NCBI GenBank assembly: GCA_028717685.1
Contig: JAQUNI010000001.1
Span: 54,306-118,305, forward strand
From: Patescibacteria group bacterium
Lineage (GTDB): Bacteria > Patescibacteriota > JAQUNI01
Length of the DNA: 64,000 bases
Direction: 5' to 3'
In this document: positions 1-9,883 of the stretch, piece after piece
How the letters are laid out: each line of letters begins with the position of its first letter
How positions within the stretch are numbered: position 1 is the first letter of the stretch
Translations under genes and position numbers: made by a program
Notes under the pieces: generated by a model
The model's input: only the letters and a program-made list of their open reading frames with translations
Database searches by the model: none
Told to the model about the DNA's origin: nothing

Positions 1-199
1 ACTCTTTAGCTATCCTTTGAGGAATAGTGCTTGCAATATTATTTGCAGCTAATACCTCCTCTGAGAATCCCTCACAAATTAGGTCTGCAGAATATTTCTT
101 TATTATTTTGACTAACAAGCATTTAAGGGAATTATTCCTATCTAAACATTGTCTTTTATGATCTATACCTATCAAATTTATTTGTTTATGATTTTTCAT
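1..199 (-). CDS. hypothetical protein, N-terminal part only (gene runs off the window start)
   Basis: Minus-strand ATG at 199 with an open frame to position 1 (begins MKNHKQINLIGIDHKRQCLD...). Not in ORF track because it has no stop in the window. Confidence 0.35.
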   Translation of the reverse strand, partial: MKNHKQINLIGIDHKRQCLDRNNSLKCLLVKIIKKYSADLICEGFSEEVLAANNIASTIPQRIAKE

Positions 200-364
200 T
201 TTGCGCGGTAATAAAACCTACTTCGTATTCGAACTTACCTTCGAACCAATATCTTGGCTAATCTAAGCTCATTTTTGGGAAAATCGTCCGGACTGGGGTA
301 TCGAGGTCTTCGAATTAATATTTTGGCTAAAGAATCGCATTTTCAGGAAATTCGTATGGACTAG

Positions 365-436
<72 letters not shown>

Positions 437-445
437 AAAGACGAA

Positions 446-829
446 TTACGAAGTACGAATTATAGTTTTAGTAGTTTTAATGAGGCCATTGATCATTTTA
501 CTAAGTTCAATGGTTTGGGTAGCTACAGGGTCAAAATCTTTATTGCTCAAATAGTTTATATCTCTGGCAATTAACAACTGATTTTGAACCTCGGTTAAGG
601 ATCCTAAAGCGCGGCAATAAAACTGCATCTTCTCTTTATAAGAAGGTCTACTAAATCCTTCAGCAATATTAGAAGTGAAAGAAACGGCTGCTCTCCTTAA
701 TTGGCTAGTTAAACCAAAGATTTCTTCTCTGGGAAATTTTTGGGTGACTTTGTAGATCATCAAGACTAATTTGTGTCCTTCTTTCCAAACTCGCAAATCG
801 GTAAAAGATTTAATTTTATTTTGATCCAT
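446..829 (-). CDS. four-helix-bundle protein (23S rRNA intervening-sequence protein / Avd-like fold family)
   Basis: 127 aa. Shares the conserved core with the two pilus-locus paralogs (W-x-K, LT-Q-RRAAVS-SNIAEG). Lies 10 bp from tRNA-Gln. Confidence 0.6.
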   Translation of the reverse strand: MDQNKIKSFTDLRVWKEGHKLVLMIYKVTQKFPREEIFGLTSQLRRAAVSFTSNIAEGFSRPSYKEKMQFYCRALGSLTEVQNQLLIARDINYLSNKDFDPVATQTIELSKMINGLIKTTKTIIRTS

Positions 830-873
830 GAAAATTGTTTATCCGTGATTCGTAATTCGGAATTCGTGATTCG

Positions 874-2397
874 CTATTTCACAATCTCCCCTCCCAAAAC
901 CTCCAGTGCTTCTTTAGTTAAATTGTTATTCTGTTGCAATTCTACCTTTTCACATTGAATCTGCCATTTGCCACCTAAGATTTGGTCTAAAACCCCTTCC
1001 ACTGTTTTTTTATTGCGGGCTTGAGAAACCATATCCTTATGGAAATCCCGCGGGAAACCCAAAACTAAAGAGCCATCGCGAAAAGCGACTGGCTGGCAGA
1101 GTTTCAAGAAAGCGCACAAAGAATAATTTAAAGGCTCCACCGCCTTTAACACCTCATTCCATTTACCTACCACCTGTTCTAAATTCATTGTCGGCTTTTG
1201 ATATTCGGGTAAGGAAGGAAATGATGTTTTTTCTTCTTTTTCTTCCAGTTTCGGGCTTTGGATTTTTTCCCGCGCTTCCGCTACCTTACCCATTGCTTCA
1301 CTATATTCTATAATGGCTAACTCCAAAGACAATTGAGGAATTAAAGCCGCATCCAAACTATTCTTCGCGGCCATAAAAAGCCTCACTAAATAGGCTAAAC
1401 TTTTCAGAGAGAAATTTTGGGCGCGAGCAACTAATTCTTCTTTTTGGGCAGAAGAAAAAGAAAGCCCGGCGTGATCCAGCAAAGCGGGCTGAACCTTAGC
1501 CAACATCATTCTGCGGAGATAATCAACAAGCTCGTCCGTAAAATTAAATAAGTCTTGACCATTGGCGACAGTCTCATTTACTTTGCGAATAGCTTGCGCA
1601 CTGTCGCAAGAAGCCAGCATATTCACGAAATCTGATATTAAAGACCAATCGACCGTGCCTAAAAAATCAGCCACTTTGCGGAGCTTGAGCTCTTTTTTGG
1701 GCCAAGAGAGAATCTGACCTAAAACACCTTCGGCATCCCGCTCCCCGCCGTCCGCTTTGATGGCGATCAATCTCAAAATCTCGGGGTTTAAAACGCGCTT
1801 CTCCTCCCTTAAAATCCGCGTTAAGCGGTGTTCAATTTCAGCGACGGTCAATTTTTTAAAATCAAATCTCTGACAGCGCGAGAGAATCGTCTCGGGCACT
1901 TCGTGCACCTCTGTCGTCGCTAAAATGAAAAGAGTATGCGGAGGCGGCTCTTCCAAGGTTTTCAAAAGAGCGTTAAAGGCTTCCCGCGTCAACATATGCG
2001 CTTCATCAATAATATAAACTTTAAAACTATCTCTTTGGGGCGCGAAACGCACATTCTCACGGAGAGCGCGAATTTCATTGATGCCGCGGTTGGAGGCGGC
2101 GTCAATCTCAACCAAATCCAATGACCTGCCAGAGGTAATCTCCTGACAACTCGCGCAACGGTTGCAGGGTTCCACCTTTCCGAGCCTGCGTTCGCGCGCG
2201 CTTTTTTTGTTCTGGCAATTAATCGCCTTAGCGAGAATGCGCGCCACGGTGGTCTTGCCAATGCCGCGAGGACCCGCGAAAATATAAGCATGGGCAATCT
2301 TGCCCAAGCTTAACTCATTCTTTAAAGTTTGGATAATGGCAGTCTGTCCTTCCATTTCAGAAAATTTTTGAGGTCTGTATTTACGATATAAAGTCAT
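874..2397 (-). CDS. dnaX: DNA polymerase III subunit gamma/tau
   Basis: 507 aa. Walker A GPRGIGKTT, zinc-binding cysteine cluster CNRCASCQ, clamp-loader AAA+ layout. Confidence 0.9.
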   Translation of the reverse strand: MTLYRKYRPQKFSEMEGQTAIIQTLKNELSLGKIAHAYIFAGPRGIGKTTVARILAKAINCQNKKSARERRLGKVEPCNRCASCQEITSGRSLDLVEIDAASNRGINEIRALRENVRFAPQRDSFKVYIIDEAHMLTREAFNALLKTLEEPPPHTLFILATTEVHEVPETILSRCQRFDFKKLTVAEIEHRLTRILREEKRVLNPEILRLIAIKADGGERDAEGVLGQILSWPKKELKLRKVADFLGTVDWSLISDFVNMLASCDSAQAIRKVNETVANGQDLFNFTDELVDYLRRMMLAKVQPALLDHAGLSFSSAQKEELVARAQNFSLKSLAYLVRLFMAAKNSLDAALIPQLSLELAIIEYSEAMGKVAEAREKIQSPKLEEKEEKTSFPSLPEYQKPTMNLEQVVGKWNEVLKAVEPLNYSLCAFLKLCQPVAFRDGSLVLGFPRDFHKDMVSQARNKKTVEGVLDQILGGKWQIQCEKVELQQNNNLTKEALEVLGGEIVK

Positions 2398-2440
2398 AAA
2401 TTGGGAATGGGGAATTAAGAATTAGGAATCAGGAATAAGA

Positions 2441-2923
2441 TTACGAATTACTTATATTTTTGCTTGCTTCTTTTTTATTAAACACAAAAAATTTATAGCC
2501 AATAAAATTCCAGATTAAAGAAACCGCGGTAGCCACAACCTTGACCGCGTTCGCCCATAATCCGACCGAGAGCCCGAAATGCGCGCTTACCACGGTAGTG
2601 CCCAAATAAACAATCGAACTGTTAATCCCCATTCCTATAATTGTCACAAAGATAAACTGGGCATATTGAAAAACTGCCCGCTCCTCTCCTTTATATTTGA
2701 AGGCCCACAGGCGATTCCAAAAGAAACTGTTCGTGGAAGCAATCGCGAAAGAGATCGCATTAAAAACGAAAACCGGCCAGCCGCGGTAAATACTAAAAAC
2801 CCACATCTCTAAATTTAAAATCCCGAAGTCAATCGCCGTGTTTATAAAGCCGACAACCACAAAACGCAAGAATTGACCAATAATGGGATACTTTTGCAAA
2901 AGATTTTTATTTTCTGGACCCAT
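2441..2923 (-). CDS. GtrA-family membrane protein (polysaccharide synthesis/translocation accessory)
   Basis: 160 aa, four predicted TM segments, N-terminal RFVVVGFINTAIDFGILNL signature typical of GtrA. Confidence 0.65.
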   Translation of the reverse strand: MGPENKNLLQKYPIIGQFLRFVVVGFINTAIDFGILNLEMWVFSIYRGWPVFVFNAISFAIASTNSFFWNRLWAFKYKGEERAVFQYAQFIFVTIIGMGINSSIVYLGTTVVSAHFGLSVGLWANAVKVVATAVSLIWNFIGYKFFVFNKKEASKNISNS

Positions 2924-3019
2924 AATTTTGTTTTATCTGATTAAAATTAAACAATTTTATTTTAACAAAAAAAAGAGAATCCAGCAATTAAAAAGATTCT
3001 TCGTTTCTGAAATTACGAA

Positions 3020-3050
3020 ATAGGCAGAGACGCAAGATTTTGCGTCTCTA
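3020..3050 (-). terminator. stem-loop just 3' of the 3051..3746 gene (candidate intrinsic terminator)
   Basis: agagacgc-aagatttt-gcgtctct hairpin abutting the stop codon; the U-tract is weak. Confidence 0.35.
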
Positions 3051-3746
3051 CTACTCCTCATCTACCAATCCTTCCAAACCTTCCAGCTCGCTGTCCAAGT
3101 CATCCACAATCTGACCGGGAACGACTTCTTTCTCTACCTCGGCAGAAGGCACAGCATTCTCATTTCCCCTTTTTTCTACCATATCTTTCAAACTCGTTTT
3201 CTTGATAATATTCTCCACCGCGCCCCATTCGGATTCGCCTTGAGCGGGAATAACCAATGTTACCTCATCACCAGCTTCGCCTTTAAAATAAGTGACGCTC
3301 GCTAATAAAACTTTGTAGGATTTGTTTTCAACAATTACCTGATACTCCCCTTTATCATCCTGGGAAAGCACGCCTAACACCTTTTTACGCTCCACGGGCC
3401 CAATTTGTTTGTAAATAAAAGAACCGTCCTCGGTAATGGTAAGTTTAAGGGTATCACCCTGAATAATCTTGGATTTAGAGGCATAATTGGCAGGCACGGG
3501 GTATTCTGTGTCGTCCGGCGCGACCATACTCTGACCATTGAAAATTCCCTGAATAATCCGCGTTTTTCCCACAGAAGAGGCTAACTCTTGAGCCTTTTCT
3601 ATAATTTGTTTTTTACTGATTTTTGGCTTGGAGCTTTCCACATCTCCCCCCAAAAATTCAGTCAGAACCTTTTTAGCCTGGGAAAGATTGGACTCCGCTT
3701 GCTCTAATATTTCACGAATTAAAGCGATTTTTTCTAAATCTGCCAT
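3051..3746 (-). CDS. hypothetical protein with acidic C-terminus
   Basis: 231 aa ORF, no recognisable motif. Followed by a stem-loop. Confidence 0.45.
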   Translation of the reverse strand: MADLEKIALIREILEQAESNLSQAKKVLTEFLGGDVESSKPKISKKQIIEKAQELASSVGKTRIIQGIFNGQSMVAPDDTEYPVPANYASKSKIIQGDTLKLTITEDGSFIYKQIGPVERKKVLGVLSQDDKGEYQVIVENKSYKVLLASVTYFKGEAGDEVTLVIPAQGESEWGAVENIIKKTSLKDMVEKRGNENAVPSAEVEKEVVPGQIVDDLDSELEGLEGLVDEE

Positions 3747-3873
3747 TTTTTTGCAATTTCTCTTTTATTTTATTTTTGGAGAAATTACCTGTTAATTTTT
3801 AGTTTTTGTTTTTGCGACTTTTTGATAAAAATAATATAGCAAAAAAAAGGGGAAAGGTCAATGATTTGCATTT

Positions 3874-3922
3874 GACCCCACTAGAGAAACATGCCCCACA
3901 CGAATTTCTAACGGGGTTGACC
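3874..3922. repeat. copy of the dispersed CCCCGTTAGAGAA / TTCTCTAACGGGG palindromic motif family
   Basis: gaccccactagagaaac...tttctaacggggttgacc in the divergent intergenic region. Confidence 0.5.
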
Positions 3923-4035
3923 TTCCAGAAATAAAGTTTTATAATTAATTTAACAGCACGAAACTTGCCTGTACTTTTTGAAGTTAAGACGAATAATGTC
4001 CTCCTTCGTTCTAGCGAACTACGGAGGGCAAAAAA

Positions 4036-4980
4036 ATGAAAACCAAAAAAATCAGAATCATTAAATCTTATAATCTAACTTGGTATGATCTGGAGGCGCC
4101 GGAAGAAAAAGAATATAAATTTTTGCGTGAGCGTTTTCAATTTCACCCCCTAGATATTCAGGACTGCATTTCACCGGTGCAACGCCCTAAGATGGAAGAA
4201 TATAATCACTATATTTTTTTAATTGTCCGCATACCCTTCTACCAAAAGGAGGAGAGAGTGATTCGCGCTATGGAGATAGATATCTTTGTGGGGCAAAATT
4301 ATCTCGTTACCGCGCATCAGGGCAAAAGCACTACCTTGAAAGACTTTGTCCGCGAATGCCACGATTATCGCACGATTCGGGAAAAATATTTTCAATTTGG
4401 ACCTGGCTTCTTATTATATGAAATCTTAAACCGGATGTTTGACCGCTGCTATTCTCTCCTTGACGCCGTAGGTAGCGAAATTGACCGCGTGGAAAATAAA
4501 ATGTTCAAAGGCCAGGAAGGAGAGATCGTGGAAATCATCGCGGGAATCAAGAGAAATGTAATCAATCTACGCAAAATCATGAAAGCGCACGGACCACTGA
4601 TGAAAAGATTAATCAACAACGAAAAATTCTTTTTAAATTTAAACGGCGCCCGCTTTAACAACAAGGACATTCTTTTTGATAATCTTTCAGACAAGGTCCA
4701 AGACATCTGGGACATCCTTGACGGCCATACGGAAACGATTGCCGCTTTAGAGACTACGAATGAAAATCTGATTTCTCATCGTTTGAATGAAATCATGAAA
4801 ACCCTCACGATTGTCTCATCTATCCTTTTACCAGCAGCGTTGGTGACACAAATCTTCGGCATGTCCTACGACAACGCGCCTCTTTTAACCAATCGGATCG
4901 GATTCATTATTGTTTTCCTTTTAATCTTCTTTTTACCGCTTACTCTCATTCTTTTTTTCAAAAAGAAAAAATGGTTGTAA
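4036..4980 (+). CDS. CorA-family divalent cation transporter
   Basis: 314 aa, cytoplasmic N-domain plus two C-terminal TM helices, with GMSYDNAP in place of the canonical YGMNF loop. Confidence 0.7.
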   Translation: MKTKKIRIIKSYNLTWYDLEAPEEKEYKFLRERFQFHPLDIQDCISPVQRPKMEEYNHYIFLIVRIPFYQKEERVIRAMEIDIFVGQNYLVTAHQGKSTTLKDFVRECHDYRTIREKYFQFGPGFLLYEILNRMFDRCYSLLDAVGSEIDRVENKMFKGQEGEIVEIIAGIKRNVINLRKIMKAHGPLMKRLINNEKFFLNLNGARFNNKDILFDNLSDKVQDIWDILDGHTETIAALETTNENLISHRLNEIMKTLTIVSSILLPAALVTQIFGMSYDNAPLLTNRIGFIIVFLLIFFLPLTLILFFKKKKWL

Positions 4981-5084
4981 AATTGATTGACTTACGTTAT
5001 ATTATAAAGGCAGCTTTTTAAAAAATAGCTGTCTTTATTAGTTATGTGCTGTTGGCAAAGAATACCGGAAAGGAGGGATAACTG

Positions 5085-5789
5085 ATGCACCTTGCAAAAA
5101 CTACGGCGGCACTCCATATGGGTTCCGAGCTAATCGGTAAAATATACAGAACCCAAGGAGGCTTAGCGCTAAGGATCGTGCGCGTGGTTCATCAATGGCC
5201 AATTTTCAAATGGGTCACAGCGGATATATTGACAGCAATGCGTATGGTAATTGCATTTACCAATGTCTTGCTGTTTATCCTAGGAATAAAATGGGGCTTA
5301 AAGAATTTTCTTCCTTTCTTGCTAAGCCTTACCATTATTGCCTATGGATCCGACCTCTTTGACGGACAAATGGCCCGCTTGGAAGTAGAAGAAGGGAAAA
5401 AGAAAAAAGATACAAATTTTGGTCCTTGGTTTGACAATATGGCGGACAAAGCCGTATGCATACCAAGTATGTTTTTCATAATGTGGTTGCGGAGAGTTTA
5501 TCTTGCGCCGATTGCAATGCTAATCGTAGATATCACTTTGGGAATTTTTCGCTGGGTGATTGCTCGGAAATATAAAATCCAGCTTAGCGCTAATCATTAT
5601 GGAAAATTCAAAACATGGTTGCAGGGTTTTAGTATCAATTTTGTTTTAGTAGACTACCTTATTCCGGGTATTGGACAGGTGGGATATTACATTTTGCTCT
5701 TTGGGGCTATCCCTGTAGGCATATTAAGCTTCCTAAAACATTATCAGAATGCATATCCTCAAATCAAGAGAGCGCAAAACGGGCTTTGA
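5085..5789 (+). CDS. CDP-alcohol phosphatidyltransferase family protein
   Basis: 234 aa membrane protein with DG-x2-AR...G-x3-D-x3-D (DGQMAR...GPWFDNMAD). Confidence 0.6.
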   Translation: MHLAKTTAALHMGSELIGKIYRTQGGLALRIVRVVHQWPIFKWVTADILTAMRMVIAFTNVLLFILGIKWGLKNFLPFLLSLTIIAYGSDLFDGQMARLEVEEGKKKKDTNFGPWFDNMADKAVCIPSMFFIMWLRRVYLAPIAMLIVDITLGIFRWVIARKYKIQLSANHYGKFKTWLQGFSINFVLVDYLIPGIGQVGYYILLFGAIPVGILSFLKHYQNAYPQIKRAQNGL

Positions 5790-5889
5790 AATAAAAGGCC
5801 CTTTTTTTTATCAATTTAATGAGGTAAAATAGGAGAAGGAATGAAATTATTCTACCTTGAATTACGAAATTCATTTGTCTATTAGCAGG

Positions 5890-5965
5890 CTATTCTCCCT
5901 CCCCCTCCAACTCCCCCTCGGGCAGGGGGAGTGTAATCAAGCTTATCGCTAATAGACGATACATT
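5890..5965. repeat. GC-rich ~76 bp element, copy 1 of 2 (second copy at 26135..26210)
   Basis: ctattctccctccccctcc-aact-ccccctcgggcagggggagtgtaatcaagct..., about 90 percent identical to the second copy; contains the hairpin ccccc-tcgggca-ggggg. Confidence 0.6.
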
Positions 5966-5992
5966 TTAGAATAATTAGAAATTTACAAATTT

Positions 5993-7459
5993 ATGCTTCA
6001 ACTCTACAACACTCTAACCAAAAAAAAGGAAACATTTATACCTCTGCATCGCGGCAAAGCAACGATGTATACCTGCGGTCCGACGGTTTATAATTACGCC
6101 CACATTGGCAATTTTCGCGCCTATTTAACCGCGGACATTTTGCGCCGTTTTTTGGAATATTCAGGCTATGAAGTAAAACACGTAAAAAATATTACCGATG
6201 TGGGACACTTAACGTCTGATTCCGACACTGGCGAGGATAAAATTGAAGCAACCGCGAAAAAGAAAAAATTGGATCCTTATGAAATTTCGCGTTTTTACAC
6301 GGAAAGATTTTTAGAGGATGAGGCACGGCTTAATATCCTCCCGGCGCACAAATATCCCCGCGCCACCGCGCATATTCAGGAAATGATTAAAGCAATCGCC
6401 AGTTTAATCAAAAATGGCTACGCCTATGAAAAAAATGGCAATGTATTTTTTGATATTGCGCGCTTTAAAGATTATGGTAAATTATCCGGCAACACTTTGG
6501 AAAAACTAAAACAAGGAGCGCGGATTGAACCCCATCCGGATAAAAAAAATCCTTTTGATTTTGCCCTCTGGAAAAAAGCGGAAAAGGACCATATTATGCG
6601 CTGGGAATCGCCTTGGAGCGCGGGGTATCCCGGGTGGCATATTGAATGTTCAGCAATGAGCATGGAATACCTTGGCGAAACATTAGATATTCACACGGGC
6701 GGAGAGGATAATATCTTTCCTCACCACGAAGATGAAATCGCCCAATCAGAAAGTTTAACAGGCAAGCCCTTTGTCCATTATTGGGCGCATACAAGCTGGC
6801 TCCTTGTGGACAACGAAAAAATGAGCAAATCGCGCGGTAACTTTTACACTTTGCGCGATCTTGTTAAACTTGGCTACTCGCCGATGGCTTTCCGGCTTTT
6901 GGTTTTGCAATCACACTACAAAAGCCATCTCAATTTCACCCATGGGGCAATTGACGCGGCGCAAGAAGGCTTACAAAAAATATACGATTTTACAGAAACT
7001 ATGCTCTTATCCGGCGAACACGAAAAAGGCGGCGCTTCGCCTCAAACAATCCGAAAGTTGATAAAGGAATACGAAAAAAAATTCATAGAAGCGCTGAACG
7101 ACGATTTGAATACGCCCCAAGCCGTAGCCGTATTGTTTGATTTTATACGAAAAATCAATAATCTCGCTCCTCTGCGCAAGCGCGAAGCAAAGCCGATTTA
7201 CAAATTTATATTACATTTGGATCGGGTTTTGGGACTCAAGATAGACAAAGTGGGTCAAGAAAAGCAGGAAATTCCAGAAGAAATAAAAAAGATGGCAGAG
7301 GAAAGAGAAAAGGCGCGCGAGGCAAAAGATTTCGCGCAAGCGGATAACTTGCGAAGGGAAATTAAAAAGGCCGGATTCCTAATCCGCGATACAAAGAAAG
7401 GCGCAATTTTGACTAAAAAAAGAGGGCACTCTCTAAACAGTGCCCACGTAAGGAGCTAA
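5993..7459 (+). CDS. cysS: cysteine--tRNA ligase
   Basis: 488 aa, class I motifs HIGN (AHIGNFRAY) and KMSKS (KMSKSRGN). Confidence 0.92.
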   Translation: MLQLYNTLTKKKETFIPLHRGKATMYTCGPTVYNYAHIGNFRAYLTADILRRFLEYSGYEVKHVKNITDVGHLTSDSDTGEDKIEATAKKKKLDPYEISRFYTERFLEDEARLNILPAHKYPRATAHIQEMIKAIASLIKNGYAYEKNGNVFFDIARFKDYGKLSGNTLEKLKQGARIEPHPDKKNPFDFALWKKAEKDHIMRWESPWSAGYPGWHIECSAMSMEYLGETLDIHTGGEDNIFPHHEDEIAQSESLTGKPFVHYWAHTSWLLVDNEKMSKSRGNFYTLRDLVKLGYSPMAFRLLVLQSHYKSHLNFTHGAIDAAQEGLQKIYDFTETMLLSGEHEKGGASPQTIRKLIKEYEKKFIEALNDDLNTPQAVAVLFDFIRKINNLAPLRKREAKPIYKFILHLDRVLGLKIDKVGQEKQEIPEEIKKMAEEREKAREAKDFAQADNLRREIKKAGFLIRDTKKGAILTKKRGHSLNSAHVRS

Positions 7460-7482
7460 CAATTTTTTAACTTGAATCATTA

Positions 7483-8568
7483 TTAGGACAGGGGTGGGTA
7501 GAAAAAAAACAACTGGACGCGGGGATTGCCCACGATCATATAATCTCTTTCTGATAAACAGTGGGGCATCATTAGGGTCACGCCCGGTTTTAAATAAAGG
7601 TCGGAACCAAATCCCCTTAAGTATCCGCTCCCAGAAGTCACGGCTATTCCATAGAAGAAGCCCTCTTTGCATATTTTAACCTCTGAATTAACCGTAAGGC
7701 GAGAAGCGCCAAAGAATTGCTGTGTACCATCTGGCAGGATGGCGCATTCGTTATTTCCGCCTTCCGCCCAGATGGTGCGGGGCTTCATAAACACTTCACT
7801 TTCAAACTTTTCCCTGTTGAGATAGCCAAAGTCAAGAGAACCTAGGGCTGTTTCCCAGTCCAATCCTAATAGCCCGTCGGCAGCACGAGGCAGACCAAGC
7901 ATCTTCCACTCGGCGAAGATGCTCCAGTCCGTCGGTTCCTGCGGCTCAAGGACACAGCAACCCATCAAGGAATGTGGCACTCCCGCGGGAATATAGAAGA
8001 TATCCCCCCCAATCTCTGGTTCATATATATACATATAGTTGCGCATCGCGTTTCCGTTTTGATCCTTATACCATCCCGTAATGTCACGGCGAGTGATCTG
8101 GCGGTCCCAGCCCACCCATACTTTGGCATCTCTCCTTATTGCTATAATAATCCAGGCTTCCGTCTTCCCAAAAGGAGAGTTTAAATGTTTTTGCGCAAAT
8201 TTGCGATCCGGATGCCAGTGGACAGGGATATAGCTTGCTGTGTCAAAAATCTTTACTAAAATCCCCAGCGCCTGCCCCCATTTTAGTAAATGGTCGGGTC
8301 CTAACATTTCGGCTGGGAATTGCGCAATCAGCTCGGTTAAAAGGACGGTGCCGCCTTCAGGAAGCGCAACCCGCCCAATCCCTTCATTGGGCTCGTTCGT
8401 TCTTCCTGGCGTCATTGCCTTGTTTGTAGAAAGAAACCAGCCTTCGGGGCGGCGATCATCTTTAGGATGAGGTTCGCCAAAGAATTGCGCCCTTAACTTT
8501 CCACCCTGGTAACAATGTGGAAAAACACTGGGGACCAGAACCAACGGACGTTCTAATAAGCTTCCCAT
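7483..8568 (-). CDS. class I mannose-6-phosphate isomerase-like cupin protein
   Basis: 361 aa with PVHWHPD and FYIPAGVPHSL metal-binding cupin motifs. Looks more GC-rich than its neighbours. Confidence 0.5.
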   Translation of the reverse strand: MGSLLERPLVLVPSVFPHCYQGGKLRAQFFGEPHPKDDRRPEGWFLSTNKAMTPGRTNEPNEGIGRVALPEGGTVLLTELIAQFPAEMLGPDHLLKWGQALGILVKIFDTASYIPVHWHPDRKFAQKHLNSPFGKTEAWIIIAIRRDAKVWVGWDRQITRRDITGWYKDQNGNAMRNYMYIYEPEIGGDIFYIPAGVPHSLMGCCVLEPQEPTDWSIFAEWKMLGLPRAADGLLGLDWETALGSLDFGYLNREKFESEVFMKPRTIWAEGGNNECAILPDGTQQFFGASRLTVNSEVKICKEGFFYGIAVTSGSGYLRGFGSDLYLKPGVTLMMPHCLSERDYMIVGNPRVQLFFFYPPLS

Positions 8569-8657
8569 CTTTGACCTCCTTGAAAGAGAGTTATTGGTTT
8601 ATAGCGTTGTGAAAAAGAGCCCTCTAGAATTTAAAATTTTAACACTGTCTTATAAAA

Positions 8658-9704
8658 ATGTCTAATTTTTGGCAAAAACTTCCCAAACCCTTTATTTGTC
8701 TGGCTCCCCTGGCAGGGATCTCTGACTCCCCTTTTCGCCAAATCTGCAAGGAATTTGGCGCGGATGCGGTTTTTACCGAAATGATCTCCGCTGAAGGACT
8801 TAGCCGCGAGCAAAATAAAACTCTAGAACTTACTTATTTTTCTCAAAAAGAACGACCCATTATTTTGCAACTCTTTGGTAAAAATCCAGAGAGTTTTGGG
8901 CGCGCCGCGCAAGTGATTCAAAATTTATCGCCTAGGAAAAAACCAGATGGCGTTGATTTAAATCTAGGCTGTCCGGCGCGCAAGGTAAAAACTCACGGTT
9001 CGGGAATCGCTTTGATGCGCGATCCCGATCTTGTTAATAAAATTATCGCCGCAATCACCGCGAACACCGATCTGCCGCTCTCCATTAAAATCCGCGCGGG
9101 AATTAGGAAAGAAGGGATTAAAGCGGCGAGTTTCGCCTCAAAAATCAACTGGCAAAAACTAGCCGCCATTATTGTCCACGGCCGTTATCTAGAACAAGGA
9201 TTTTCCGGACCCATTGATTATACGGAAATTAAAAAAATCAAAATGATTGTGGGCGATAAAACCGTGATTGGAAATGGAGGGATTAATGGCTTAAGAAGCG
9301 CCCAAATAATGTTTAAAAAAACAGATGTTGATGGCATAATGATTGGCAAGGGAGCTTTGGGGAGACCGTGGATTTTTGAAAAAATTAAAAAAGCCTTAAA
9401 AAGAAAGACTCCCCCCTTCCTCCCGGAGGTCAAGGGAGAAATAAATACTCCCCCTCTTGATAAAGAAGGGGAAAGAGAGAGGGTCTTCGCCCCTTTATTG
9501 CCAAACACAATAAAAACCGCCCTCAAGCACGCGAGATTGATGATTGAACTCAATGGCGAGGGAAAGGGAATACGGGAAATGCGGAAACACCTTTTGTGGT
9601 ATTTCCGCGATTTTGAGGGCGCTAAAGGAATAAGAAAAAAACTTACTAAAATTGAAACATTTAGAGATTTGGAGGACACTCTCCTTTATCTTTCCAGCAA
9701 TTAG
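8658..9704 (+). CDS. tRNA-dihydrouridine synthase
   Basis: 348 aa, N-terminal LAPLAGISDSPFR and LNLGCPARKV, characteristic of the Dus family. Confidence 0.85.
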   Translation: MSNFWQKLPKPFICLAPLAGISDSPFRQICKEFGADAVFTEMISAEGLSREQNKTLELTYFSQKERPIILQLFGKNPESFGRAAQVIQNLSPRKKPDGVDLNLGCPARKVKTHGSGIALMRDPDLVNKIIAAITANTDLPLSIKIRAGIRKEGIKAASFASKINWQKLAAIIVHGRYLEQGFSGPIDYTEIKKIKMIVGDKTVIGNGGINGLRSAQIMFKKTDVDGIMIGKGALGRPWIFEKIKKALKRKTPPFLPEVKGEINTPPLDKEGERERVFAPLLPNTIKTALKHARLMIELNGEGKGIREMRKHLLWYFRDFEGAKGIRKKLTKIETFRDLEDTLLYLSSN

Positions 9705-9883
9705 CCGCAACAATCATACCGCAAAAGATTAAGGCTGAAAGAATGATGAGCAATTTTATTATAAGCATCCCCCACCTTTTTTTAAAAGATGGGGAACCCT
9801 CTTTCTTTAATAAACGCACCCTTTGAACCCCTTCTTTTTCTATGCTATACTAAAATGAATTAACAGGCAAAATCTAGAAGCCT

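Noticed and set aside
200-330. Second tRNA suggested by TTCGAA-like motifs (ccttcgaacc, cttcgaatt)
   Set aside because: No acceptor, D or anticodon stems can be drawn; the motifs are part of the short-period repeat texture seen upstream of other genes.
1936-2297. ORF-track entries on the strand opposite dnaX (also 14689..15267, 49806..50255, 57770..58294, 58553..59008 opposite other genes)
   Set aside because: Entirely embedded antisense to well-supported conserved genes, with biased low-complexity composition; shadow ORFs.
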